Positions 35,634 to 44,864 of a DNA stretch of 64,000 bases are shown here, in pieces. Both the position numbers and the translations under genes were made by a program. The stretch's first letter is position 1, and every line of letters begins with the position of its first letter. Location of the stretch: NCBI GenBank assembly GCA_000004985.1, contig GG738894.1; one strand, given 5' to 3'. The notes below the pieces were generated by a model. The model made no database searches and had not been told where the DNA came from. It saw nothing but the letters and a program-made list of their open reading frames with translations. The DNA is from Naegleria gruberi (taxonomy: Eukaryota).

Positions 35634-36388
35634 TCTCTTAATGATTTATGGTGGTGATTATTAATACTTGTTTGTGATTTTTCTTTGTTTTCCTTGTTAC
35701 TAGTTGGTAAAGTGGAATGCGAAGAAATGATCAATTTACAGTGTTACAACTCATTGAGTGGAATTTAAGGAAGAACACATGCTTGGAGTTGAATGATTCA
35801 TCAATAGCTAGAGCATGATGGATCGGAAGAGGTAATACTACTTGTGGTATCATTCCTTGAAGCATCTTTTGCAATTGTCTAACATATGGATACGGAAATG
35901 CTGTAACCCTTAATGAAACACTTGGTGCAATTGGAGAAACAACTAAGGAATTTAGTAGTTCTTTAATCCTCATTGGATTCTAATAACTCCTTACTCAAGG
36001 TCATCTCAGTTGGTCTTTGTCAAATGAAAAGAAATGTTGCGTGTAACTGCTTTCAAATTGTTCAACATTCAAACTATCACATTTCAGAAGCATATTACAA
36101 CAAAAAAAATTTAAACGTTTATTAATCGTATGAACCCGACGGGTTCGTCTTGATGATATTACGAATATTAAATAATAAATTCTTTCTTGTTGGGATTGCT
36201 TTGTTCATTTCTTGTAACTCTGTGGACACAAATACTTGGCTTGAACACCCTATGCTGGAACCCCGGGTAGTATAGGGTACGGTGACTTAACCCGACGTAA
36301 GTATTGCGGCAACACACTGTGGTCTCAGGGTCAACAGTGTAGTTACTGGGTGGTACGACATTTTTTTTGAGACGTTACAACAAAAAAA

Positions 36389-37420
36389 ATGGATGATTAC
36401 GATGCAATTAATAATCTAGATGTAGGGACACCCCATGATAGGACGGACATTGATCTGGTTCCACTTGCAATTACTGACAATTTGGATGAATTGACTATAA
36501 AGGAATTTGATGAATTACAATCAGCCTTGATTATTCGAGCAGATACATCAGAACCTGCCCACTTTATGCAATGTATTGAAGAGAGATTGTGTTATTATGT
36601 TAAAAATCCAAAATTATTCAAGACTTCGGAGGAGTCCACTGAATCACATTGGACGAGATTCATGCTCGATCAGAAATGTATATTCAAGAAGGTGGATAGG
36701 ATTAATGAATCCAGTTTTTGTAGCTTGCAACCTCAAGTGATGAGGAGCTTTCTGAGAGGATATAATATTGTTTTCTTCACGTTATATTCTGGAACTTATA
36801 CGGGATTTGATTCAGTTGTTGTAGGTGTGATTAATGATTTAATCAACAGTGGAGAGTTGTCTGTAGTGTTTTTGAGAGGAGCAGGACGATCAGTTCCAAT
36901 GAGACTTGGTTTTGTGAGAAGAAAGGACGCAAATGATGGTTATGTGGAGTATACAGATGGAACTTATGTACAACTCTTGCTTCAAAATATTAAGCAATTG
37001 GATAATCAGAGCTTGACTATATTTGTGAATAAGTGTATGAACAAATTAGAAAATAGAGTTCAAACAATTGGTGAAGTGGAAGAGACTATTGAGGATTGTT
37101 TGAAATTGGATGATTTATACATTTGTGGAGTTTGTGACACCACCTTGAGTAATGTAAATGATTGGCATTTACTTGCTAGGAGTGTAAGTGAAAGGGAGAA
37201 ATATCCATGGGTTATTCACAAAACTAAGAAGGTAATGTTCACTCCATGGTATGGATATAGTCATGGAAATGAAAACCAATGCCTACTGACCTTGTATGCA
37301 TTGAGATATCTTTTGTATGAACATATGAAGCACTTCCACAATATCAATAGTTTCAAATCTAATTTATTGATCAAAATAATTAACAATCAACTCTCTGATA
37401 TCTCAATAGATTTTGAATAA
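36389..37420 (+). CDS. Hypothetical protein, 343 aa, single ORF, no family recognised.
   Basis: Clean ORF with A-rich start context (caacaaaaaaaATG), preceded by a GC-rich island (see findings). Conserved-looking Cys/His/Trp-rich C-terminal half (…CGVCDTTL...WHLLARS...YPWVIHKTKKVMFTPWYGYSHGNENQC...). Confidence 0.5.
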   Translation: MDDYDAINNLDVGTPHDRTDIDLVPLAITDNLDELTIKEFDELQSALIIRADTSEPAHFMQCIEERLCYYVKNPKLFKTSEESTESHWTRFMLDQKCIFKKVDRINESSFCSLQPQVMRSFLRGYNIVFFTLYSGTYTGFDSVVVGVINDLINSGELSVVFLRGAGRSVPMRLGFVRRKDANDGYVEYTDGTYVQLLLQNIKQLDNQSLTIFVNKCMNKLENRVQTIGEVEETIEDCLKLDDLYICGVCDTTLSNVNDWHLLARSVSEREKYPWVIHKTKKVMFTPWYGYSHGNENQCLLTLYALRYLLYEHMKHFHNINSFKSNLLIKIINNQLSDISIDFE

Positions 37421-37630
37421 ATTCTATTTATCAAGAACATTTTGAACGCAACTTTCAATGTTTTGACTCTATGTATCATCTGTTTCTTGGGTACCCAAGA
37501 AATGTTGTTCAAAAAGTTATTTTTGTAATATGTAACACACAAATAACTTTAATTCCTTTTTCAAAATTCTTTTAATAGCACAAAAATCTCATGCCAATCA
37601 ATGAATTCAACACAAAAAGAATAACACAAC

Positions 37631-38026
37631 ATGAATAACAATAATTTTAACAATAATAGTAACAACATGATGAATAATAATAGAAGAGTAGGAGATCAAG
37701 ATTTAAATCCATTGCCTTGTTTTCAACCTTTACATGGAAATGCTCCTTCCTCAATGAGTGGTGGATTTGGTGGCAATCAAGTTGGACCAAATAATCCAAT
37801 TTTCAATGATCGTTCGAATTTTCCTTCTGCTTCTTCAATAATGGGAGGAGATATGAAACCTCCTCAGATGTTACCAGGTTCTCGATTTGATCCAGTTTAT
37901 CCTACCATTGAACCATTTGGAGGTTCTGGAAGTGGAAATAGAGGAGGTAATTCTTCATCATCTTCATTTGGAAATGTTAATCCAGATCATCACAAACCTC
38001 CACAATTTGAAGATGAAGATTTGTAA
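37631..38026 (+). CDS. PI31 proteasome-regulator C-terminal-domain-like small protein (131 aa) with N-rich N-terminus.
   Basis: C-terminal half parallels the human PI31/PSMF1 C-terminus: ...PGSRFDPVYP..EPFG......NPDHHKPPQFEDEDL* versus ...PGARFDPFGP...NPDHLPPPGYDDMYL*. No PI31 N-terminal (FP) domain is encoded nearby; the upstream ORF 36389-37420 is unrelated. Confidence 0.45.
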   Translation: MNNNNFNNNSNNMMNNNRRVGDQDLNPLPCFQPLHGNAPSSMSGGFGGNQVGPNNPIFNDRSNFPSASSIMGGDMKPPQMLPGSRFDPVYPTIEPFGGSGSGNRGGNSSSSSFGNVNPDHHKPPQFEDEDL

Positions 38027-38069
38027 TTATTTCTAAAGATTGAAACAAGAGATTCAACAATATAGCCCG

Positions 38070-38148
38070 AGTTAATATGTAAAATGAATAAATTTCTGCA
38101 TCCAATTATTTAAATATTCTTTATATTCATTGTATTAAGGAAATGAAT
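38070..38148 (+). repeat. Conserved 5' flank of 5S copy 1; it recurs at 48964-49041 upstream of copy 3.
   Basis: ...TGTAAAATGAATAAATTTCTGCATCCAATTATTTAAATATTCTTTATATTCATTGTATTAAGGAAATGAATGG matches copy 3's flank with about 5 substitutions and 1 indel. Copy 2 lacks it. Confidence 0.8.
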
Positions 38149-38266
38149 GGCTACGGCCATATCACGATGAATGCACCTCATCCCGTCCGATTTGAGAAGT
38201 TAAGCATCGTCGAGCCACATCAGTACTGAGGTTGGAGACAACTTGGGAACCTGTGGTGCTGTAGTC
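38149..38266 (+). rRNA. 5S_rRNA: 5S ribosomal RNA gene, copy 1 (118 nt) followed by a T5 Pol III terminator (38267-38271).
   Basis: GGCTACGGCCATATCACGATGAATGCACCTCATCCCGTCCGATTTGAGAAGTTAAGCATCGTCGAGCCACATCAGTACTGAGGTTGGAGACAACTTGGGAACCTGTGGTGCTGTAGTC. The helix I ends pair (GGCUAC/GUAGUC). Universal 5S blocks are present (CCGUCCGAUUUG...GAAGUUAAGC, loop C/box A region, GGGAAC...GGUGCUGUAG). Shares the GUUGGAGACAAC block with dictyostelid 5S. Confidence 0.9.
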
Positions 38267-38803
38267 TTTTTAATTTCAATTTAATTTCAAGCTTATTGTT
38301 TTTACAGCTTTAAATATTGAAATGTAGAGAACATTGAAATGGAAATGTTCAAATATGTGAAGAAAATTAAATACAAATCATTTGACATTTAAAGAACTTT
38401 ATTGAAAAACTTGTAAATTCAATCTTATCCAAATTGTTTGGGTTGTTGTTTACTATTAAGGAGACTCTTTTAACTGCTGTGGATTCACATTACTGCAAAT
38501 ACTTGGTTACAATCAGGGATTCCCTCCCTCTACATTAATTATCAGCCCTCTCGCCACTCTTTCTAGAACGATTTGATTGGACAAGAGGGCTCAATGAATC
38601 TATGAAAATACTCGACTGAAGATTCATTGCAGTAGGTTTCTTTTTTAATTGAACAAGAGACAATTTTCACATTCAAGCCAGCTCTCTTTCTATTCATATT
38701 TTAGGAAATGCCACTTTCAAACTTTTGAAGCAAACATTGATGAATGAAATTTTCATTTGATCAACAAGTTCATAGAAGGATCAATATCAGTTATATCTGT
38801 CTT

Positions 38804-38846
38804 CTACGGCCATATCACCTCATCTCAATTAGGAACCTGTCTTTTT
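38804..38846 (+). pseudogene. Internally deleted 5S rRNA relic (about 43 bp).
   Basis: CTACGGCCATATCAC|CTCATC|tcaattag|GAACCTGT|CTTTTTG. It has an exact 15-mer from 5S positions 3-17, then 5S 28-33, then 5S ~100-107 and the oligo-T tail. This is a 5S gene with two internal deletions in the spacer between copies 1 and 2. Confidence 0.7.
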
Positions 38847-39914
38847 GTCTTATTGATTTTTCAAGGGTAAGTTGGCCTAGTTGTCCACTTCCATTTCACA
38901 GATTATTATAGCATTTGTGCAAGGAATGAGGAAATTCTCCACTTAATTAGTTGTTTCTTACAACTTCGGGAGGAAGTTCTTAAAAATTGTGAGCTGATCT
39001 TGAAGCCATGATGGAAATTGCTCCACCTCAATAATTTAATCAAGTCAACATTCAATTATTTTCTTGAATTGAAATTTATATTTTTCACACATAAAAGTAC
39101 CACAATTTTTTAACCTCACTTTTCACACATTCAAAACCAATATCACAAACCTCACAAATCAAACTAGATAAAACCATTGACTGTACTTCTACAGGATCTT
39201 TTCTGTAGGAATACATAAACTCGACTTTTTTGAGTCAATCTGACCTTTGAGGTTAACCAAGATGAAGACTCTGTAGTCATATATCTTGAGCATGATATCG
39301 AACTGGAAACATGCTTCGTTGTAGGTTTCCTCGTTCATAGATGATTGCTGCATTCCTTACCAGCCATGGTTTGTGAATGGGGGATTTGTGAACATGCAGA
39401 TTGGTACCTTAATTTTTTTAATAATTAATAGAAACTTAAACAATTTCAATGAACCTATGTTTCTTTTGTTGATTTTCACTCATCATGTGAACATGCAGAT
39501 CTATTAGATCTATTTGGAACTTTCTTTGCATTTTAGGTACATAAATGAAAGAGTTCTTCACTACCTTGGCCAACAGATTGAAATTTATAAGGAAATTCAA
39601 AAAGATCAGTTATCAAATTTTGTCACCCCTTTAATTGAAACTTCCATTTCAGAGTTGGATCTATTTTTAAAGAAAGAATTATACCATAATGAAATGAATG
39701 TTTTCAATTCTAACATCACGATCAGCTCATTTCTCTGAAGTGTTGGTGGCGAAACTCCATCCATGCCTTTTTTACCTCCTGTTAAAATTTCATTAAGAAT
39801 TTGAATGGAACTTTGGTATTAGTTTTATCTGGTTCAAAACCATCAATTTTCGAATGGTGTTTTAGTACTCACTCACAAATTAAACTATAACAAATTAAGA
39901 GATAGCTCATTATC

Positions 39915-40032
39915 TTAATTTTTATAACAACAATGGCTACGGCCATATCACGATGAATGTACCTCATCCCGTCCGATTTGAGAAGTTAAGCATCGTCGAG
40001 CCACATCAGTACTGAGGTTGGAGACAACTTGG
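39915..40032 (+). rRNA. 5S_rRNA: 5S ribosomal RNA gene, copy 2 (118 nt), T5 terminator 40033-40037.
   Basis: Identical to copy 1 except one transition (GAATGTACC versus GAATGCACC). Upstream flank is unrelated to copies 1 and 3. Confidence 0.9.
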
Positions 40033-40245
40033 GAACCTGTGGTGCTGTAGTCTTTTTATATTTTCCAAAACGAATGTCAAATTTCCTTTTTAGAGTCTAT
40101 TGAAAATGCATTTAATTTGTCAACTACATCATTTGTCATAGTGTTTGTCAATTCTAACAACAAAAAATACCACACGCATCCATTTTCAATAATAAATTAA
40201 ATAATACCACAGGATCACTACAGTCAACACATCATTATCATCATC

Positions 40246-40764
40246 ATGGTCAAACACTCCGTCAAGAAACTCATTCCACTGAGTAGAGAAGAATATTGGA
40301 AAATAATATTTACTGATGATTTTGATAAATTCACAGCTCCTCTGCTCAAATTCAACAAAGTTGAAACTGAAACACTTCCAAGTGAAGATGTTAATATTGT
40401 CAAGAGAACTGCCAAAGTCTTTCCAGATTATGACATTCCCCATGCATTGTTGCACTTGTTAGGTCAGGAAGAATTTCACTATGTCGATCATCAGGAAAAG
40501 AATTTATTGAACTATACCATGAATAGTAATACTATGCCTCCACTGAGTCATCACGATATTCTAAAGATCAGTACTCATCAACATATTGAACCAATTGACG
40601 AACATAGTTGTTATCATGTTTTGGAAACAGAAATTCACTGTTCTGTGTTGTTACTTGGTCACTTGGTTGAGAAGGCAATTATTCATGGTGTTGAGAATGG
40701 TTATGATTTATTACCAAAAGCCGTGGAAGCTTACATTGCTCACTTGAATTCGGAAGTAAAATAA
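40246..40764 (+). CDS. Hypothetical 172-aa protein; weak resemblance to PRELI/SRPBCC-type lipid-binding folds.
   Basis: ORF with start context catcatcatcATGG. C-terminal ...GHLVEKAIIHGVENGYDLLPKAVEAYIAHLNSEV resembles the PRELI C-terminus pattern (…EWVIHKLNAEIEE) only loosely. Confidence 0.4.
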   Translation: MVKHSVKKLIPLSREEYWKIIFTDDFDKFTAPLLKFNKVETETLPSEDVNIVKRTAKVFPDYDIPHALLHLLGQEEFHYVDHQEKNLLNYTMNSNTMPPLSHHDILKISTHQHIEPIDEHSCYHVLETEIHCSVLLLGHLVEKAIIHGVENGYDLLPKAVEAYIAHLNSEVK

Positions 40765-41068
40765 TTTGAATTTGAACCACTCTATTTTTAAATTATGCAA
40801 ATAATATGAAAATAGTTATGAAAATGAATGTGCATTTATGAAATTGAAGAAGAGGTTCATTTTCGTAAGTGAATCAGAGGTTCAAATTCAAACAAGTCTG
40901 AAAATGAAGCTGTGGAGGTTCAAGTTGAAAGCAAGCAAATTTAGCTCTATTTAAACACCTCTCAAAAGTATTCTCACTCCATCAAACAAACAAAAAAAAA
41001 CAACAAATTAACTAACAGCTCATTCAATAGCTCAATATTCAAATACAGATTATTTAAATAATTACAAT

Positions 41069-43633
41069 ATGGTCAAGTTCAGTAAAGAAATACTCGAAAG
41101 GCTCTTACTCGACAGTAACAAGATTCGTAACATTAGTATTATTGCTCACGTTGATCATGGTAAATCAACACTCACTGATCAATTGGCTTTAGCAGCTGGT
41201 TTAGTGGATGAAGATGCTGCAGGTGAGAAGAGAGTTTGCGACGTAGATAAGAATGAAATTGAAAAGGGTATTACCATTAAATCAACAAGTTTGAGTATGG
41301 TTTTGGAAAATCCAGACAAGGAGAATGATCATCATTTGGTTAATTTGATCGATTGTCCAGGTCACATTGATTTCTCATCTGAAGTTAGTACAGCTTTGAG
41401 AATTACTGATGGTGCAGTGTTGATTGTAGATGCTGCTGAAGGTTGTAGAGGTCAAACTGAAACAGTAATTAGACAATCTCTTCAAGAAAGAATTCGTCCA
41501 GTTCTCTTCATTAACAAGGTTGACCGTTTAATTGAAGAAATGCAATTTACTGAAGAAGAAAGTTATCAAAACTTTTTAAGAATTATCGAGTCTGTGAATG
41601 CTCTATTATCAACTTATTCTGATGAGTCAGTTTCTGTTGATCCAGTTGATTGTAACATTGCTTTTGGATCAGGTAAGATGGGTTGGGCTTTCACTTTGGA
41701 GCAATTCGCTCAATTATATAGCAAGAAGTTTAAACTTCCTGTAGAGAAGGTTATTAACAAATTATGGGGTGAAAATTATTATGATCACTCAACTAAGAAG
41801 TTTACCACTGAACCTTATTCATCGACAAGTGGTCAACAATTGAAGCACACTTTCTGTGAATTCATTTTAGAACCTATTTTCAAGATTTTCAAGTTGGTTA
41901 GAGAACATGAAATTTCGAGTGAAGGTATTTTGTCAACAGATTTGGAAAATATCATTAGTGCATTGTCTATACCTCTGACGAAAGAAGAAAAGAGAAAAGA
42001 GCCGAAACTTTTAGCTAAATCAATCATGAGAAAGTTCCTCCCAGCTCACAAACCTCTAGTTCAAATGATTATCAACCATTTACCTTCTCCTAAGGAAGCT
42101 CAAAAGGTCAGATATGATAGCCTCTACACTGGTGAAGATTTGACAGATCCATACGCTACTGGTATTAAGGAATGTGATCCAAATGCACCACTGGTTGTCT
42201 ATGTCAGTAAGATGGTACCTATGCACTCTAATACTAGCTCTAGTATGAGTAATAATGTTGGTCGTTTTATTGCTCTAGCTCGTATATTCTCTGGTAGTTT
42301 GACTCAATCAACTAAGGTGAGAATTTTGGGTCCTAACTATGATCCAATTGCTAAGAAAGATGTTTTCCATACAAGTATTCAAAGATTGTTAGTCATGATT
42401 GGTAAAAATACTGAAAGCATCACTCAAGCTTCTTGTGGTGCCATCGTAGGTATTGTTGGTCTTGACAAGTACATTATCAAATCATGTACATTGACAGAAG
42501 AAGGACAAGTTGCATGCATGCCAATTAAGAATATGAAATACTCTGTGAGTCCTGTAGTTCAAATGGGAGTTGAGCCAGTCAATCCAGCAGATTTATCTCG
42601 ATTTGTTGAAGGTTTGAAACGTCTCGTTCAAAGTGATCCTCTATTGGAATGTAAGCAAAATGATAGTGGTCAACATATTCTTGGAACAGCAGGTGAATTG
42701 CATTTGGAAATTTGTTTAAAGAATTTAGAAGAAGAATATGCAAGAGGAATTCAAATTAAAAAGTCTCCTCCTGTTGTCACTTTCCACGAAACAGTTTCAA
42801 ATAAGAATGGTGACATGGTCATGGCAAGAAGTGCTAACGGCCACAATCGTTTATATATGCAAGCTGAACCAATCAGTGAGGAATTAATTGAAATGATTAA
42901 GGAAGGTCAATTGCCAATGGATGATCAAAATAAGAGAGCAAAGATTTTAGAAATTGACTTTGAATGGGATCCTAGCATAACAAAGAGAATTTGGAGTTTT
43001 GGACCTGAAGCTGATAAGGGTAGTAACATTTTGGTAAATGCAACCAAGTCAGTTGACTATATTAATGAAATTCAACAATATGTGGTCACTAGCTTCCAAC
43101 AAAGCAGTTCTTCAGGAGGTTTATGTGACGAAGCAATGAGAGGTGTTTTATTCAAATTTAATGATTGTAATCTTCATGCAGATTCTATCCATCGTGGAGC
43201 TGGTCAAATTCTCCAAGCAACATCTCGTGTCATGACTGCTAGTCAATTGAGAGCTGATCCAAAGTTAGTTGAACCAATGTATCTTGTTGAAGTTCAATGT
43301 CCTCAATCAGTGATGGGTTCTGTCTATAGTGTCATTTCTAATAGAAGAGGTGTTATCAAATCTACTGAAATGGTAATTGGTACTCCTCTCGTTAGTATAA
43401 CTGGTAATTTACCTGTGCTGGAAAGTTTCGGTTTAACAGAAGAGTTGAGAGGTGTTACTCAAGGACAAGCTTTCCCTCAATGTAGTTTCAGTCACTGGAA
43501 AGTTATGGAAGACAATGTTTATGATCCTCAATCTAAAGTTCACAAACTCATCAAATCTATCAGAAAGAGAAAGGGTCTTAAGGAAGATATACCACTCTAC
43601 ACAGATTACTGTGATACAATGCCTAAACAATAA
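41069..43633 (+). CDS. Elongation factor 2 family GTPase, a divergent EF-2 paralogue (854 aa, single exon).
   Basis: G1 AHVDHGKSTL. G3 LIDCPGHIDF. G4 NKVDR. EF2-specific block DGAVLIVDAAEGCRGQTETVIRQSLQERIRPVLFINKVDR. Diphthamide-site context LHADSIHRGAGQI. C-terminal SHWKVMEDNVYDP...IRKRKGLKEDIP parallels EF2 HWQILPGDPFD...TRKRKGLKEGIP. Overall identity to canonical EF-2 is clearly lower than usual (N-terminus MVKFSKEILERLLLDSNKIRN versus [21 protein letters not shown]). Confidence 0.85.
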   Translation: MVKFSKEILERLLLDSNKIRNISIIAHVDHGKSTLTDQLALAAGLVDEDAAGEKRVCDVDKNEIEKGITIKSTSLSMVLENPDKENDHHLVNLIDCPGHIDFSSEVSTALRITDGAVLIVDAAEGCRGQTETVIRQSLQERIRPVLFINKVDRLIEEMQFTEEESYQNFLRIIESVNALLSTYSDESVSVDPVDCNIAFGSGKMGWAFTLEQFAQLYSKKFKLPVEKVINKLWGENYYDHSTKKFTTEPYSSTSGQQLKHTFCEFILEPIFKIFKLVREHEISSEGILSTDLENIISALSIPLTKEEKRKEPKLLAKSIMRKFLPAHKPLVQMIINHLPSPKEAQKVRYDSLYTGEDLTDPYATGIKECDPNAPLVVYVSKMVPMHSNTSSSMSNNVGRFIALARIFSGSLTQSTKVRILGPNYDPIAKKDVFHTSIQRLLVMIGKNTESITQASCGAIVGIVGLDKYIIKSCTLTEEGQVACMPIKNMKYSVSPVVQMGVEPVNPADLSRFVEGLKRLVQSDPLLECKQNDSGQHILGTAGELHLEICLKNLEEEYARGIQIKKSPPVVTFHETVSNKNGDMVMARSANGHNRLYMQAEPISEELIEMIKEGQLPMDDQNKRAKILEIDFEWDPSITKRIWSFGPEADKGSNILVNATKSVDYINEIQQYVVTSFQQSSSSGGLCDEAMRGVLFKFNDCNLHADSIHRGAGQILQATSRVMTASQLRADPKLVEPMYLVEVQCPQSVMGSVYSVISNRRGVIKSTEMVIGTPLVSITGNLPVLESFGLTEELRGVTQGQAFPQCSFSHWKVMEDNVYDPQSKVHKLIKSIRKRKGLKEDIPLYTDYCDTMPKQ

Positions 43634-43684
43634 GAGTTTTAACATTTAGTAATAAATTACCTTTTTCTCCAATCTTGCCATAGC

Positions 43685-44680
43685 TTATTTTCTTAGTGAT
43701 ATTAATTGTTTCATTTCACTTATGAATTTTGCTCCTTCACCACCAATTCGATTGCCAGCAATATCAAGTGATGTCAATTGTTTCATTTCACTAATGAATT
43801 TAGCTCCTGCATTACCAATTTCATTGCGAGTAATATTAAGTGATGTTAACTGCTTCATTTCATTGATGTATTTTGCTCCTTCATCACCAATTACATTGTA
43901 AGAAATATTAAGTGATGTTAATTGTTTCATATCACCTATGAATTTAGCTCCTGCATCACCAATTACATTGTTAGCAATATTAAGTGATGTTAATTGTTTC
44001 ATTTCACTTATCAATTTTACTTCTTCATCACCAATTTGATTTCCACCAATATCAAGTGATATTAATTGTTTCATTTCACTAATGTATTTTGCTCCTTCAC
44101 CACCAATTCTATTATTATATATATAAAGTGATGTTAATTGTTTCATTCCACTGATGAATTTTGCTCCTTCACCACCAATTACATTGCCATTAATATTAAG
44201 TGATGTTAATTGTTTCATTTCACTTATCAATTTTGCTCCTTCACCATCAATTCGATTGTAACTAATATCGAGTGATATTAATTGTTTCATTTCACTGATA
44301 AATTTGAGTTTTTCTATGCCTCCAAGCAAATATCCCAAAAATTTAAGATTAACAATACTATTCATAAATTGACTTTTCATGAATAATTCAACTCGTTTCT
44401 CTGTAAATTTTTTTTTAAATTGAATAACAAGTTTTGAACGTTCCTTGATCACATTAAAGAATTGTTTTGAAATTAAAGTACAATTATTTAAAATAAACCA
44501 CGAATCATCAATCATGCAAATTATTTCAAAACAAATATCATCTGAAAATGTTTCTTGTTCGAGTTTCACATGCTTTTTTACTTTCTCTTCCATAATATTA
44601 TTATTATTATTGTTAGTGAATATTTCATCCGAACTAATTAATTGATGATTTTCAAAATCTTGTCTGTTTCGTTTGCTCAT
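43685..44680 (-). CDS. F-box-like / RNI-type leucine-rich-repeat protein (331 aa) encoded by near-identical tandem 72-bp units.
   Basis: About nine 24-aa repeats of form EMKQLTSL(N/D)I..N.IG.EGAKFIS. N-terminal DDICFEIICMIDDSWFILNNCTLISKQFFNVIKER is F-box-like. Confidence 0.8.
   Translation of the reverse strand: MSKRNRQDFENHQLISSDEIFTNNNNNNIMEEKVKKHVKLEQETFSDDICFEIICMIDDSWFILNNCTLISKQFFNVIKERSKLVIQFKKKFTEKRVELFMKSQFMNSIVNLKFLGYLLGGIEKLKFISEMKQLISLDISYNRIDGEGAKLISEMKQLTSLNINGNVIGGEGAKFISGMKQLTSLYIYNNRIGGEGAKYISEMKQLISLDIGGNQIGDEEVKLISEMKQLTSLNIANNVIGDAGAKFIGDMKQLTSLNISYNVIGDEGAKYINEMKQLTSLNITRNEIGNAGAKFISEMKQLTSLDIAGNRIGGEGAKFISEMKQLISLRK
43690..44300 (-). repeat. Tandem array of ~72-bp near-identical units (at least 8 copies) that form the LRR-coding part of the gene above.
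   Basis: Period 72 bp: TTGTTTCATTTCACT.ATGAATTT.GCTCCTTCACCACCAATT....CCA..AATATCAAGTGATGT.AA, with most substitutions at 3rd codon positions. Confidence 0.85.
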
Positions 44681-44864
44681 TTTTTTTTAAATTCATGTTA
44701 AGGCTTTGATTCATGGCTAATTTGGATTCAATCTCAGAAACAAAATTGAAATAGCACCGTTCTGAAAGTAGCTTCTCCCATTCATTGATAGAAGAGTTCT
44801 TATTGGTACTCAAAATACTTTCCTGAAACATTTGTGGATAACGTATATTCTTTGTGAATGTAAA

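Noticed and set aside
36364-36372. T8 run called as a definite Pol III terminator
   Set aside because: T and A runs are ubiquitous immediately upstream of start codons in this genome (…tttttttgagacgttacaacaaaaaaaATG). The T-run alone cannot be assigned, so it is kept only as part of a low-confidence ncRNA candidate.
39514-39738. 74-aa plus-strand ORF in the 5S spacer
   Set aside because: No start context, no similarity, and composition typical of non-coding AT-rich DNA.
43690-44300. Regular ~72-bp repeat array that superficially resembles a CRISPR array
   Set aside because: The units are contiguous with no spacers, lie in one long minus-strand ORF, and have period 72 = 24 codons encoding LRR units. 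The context is eukaryotic, so this is a coding tandem repeat.
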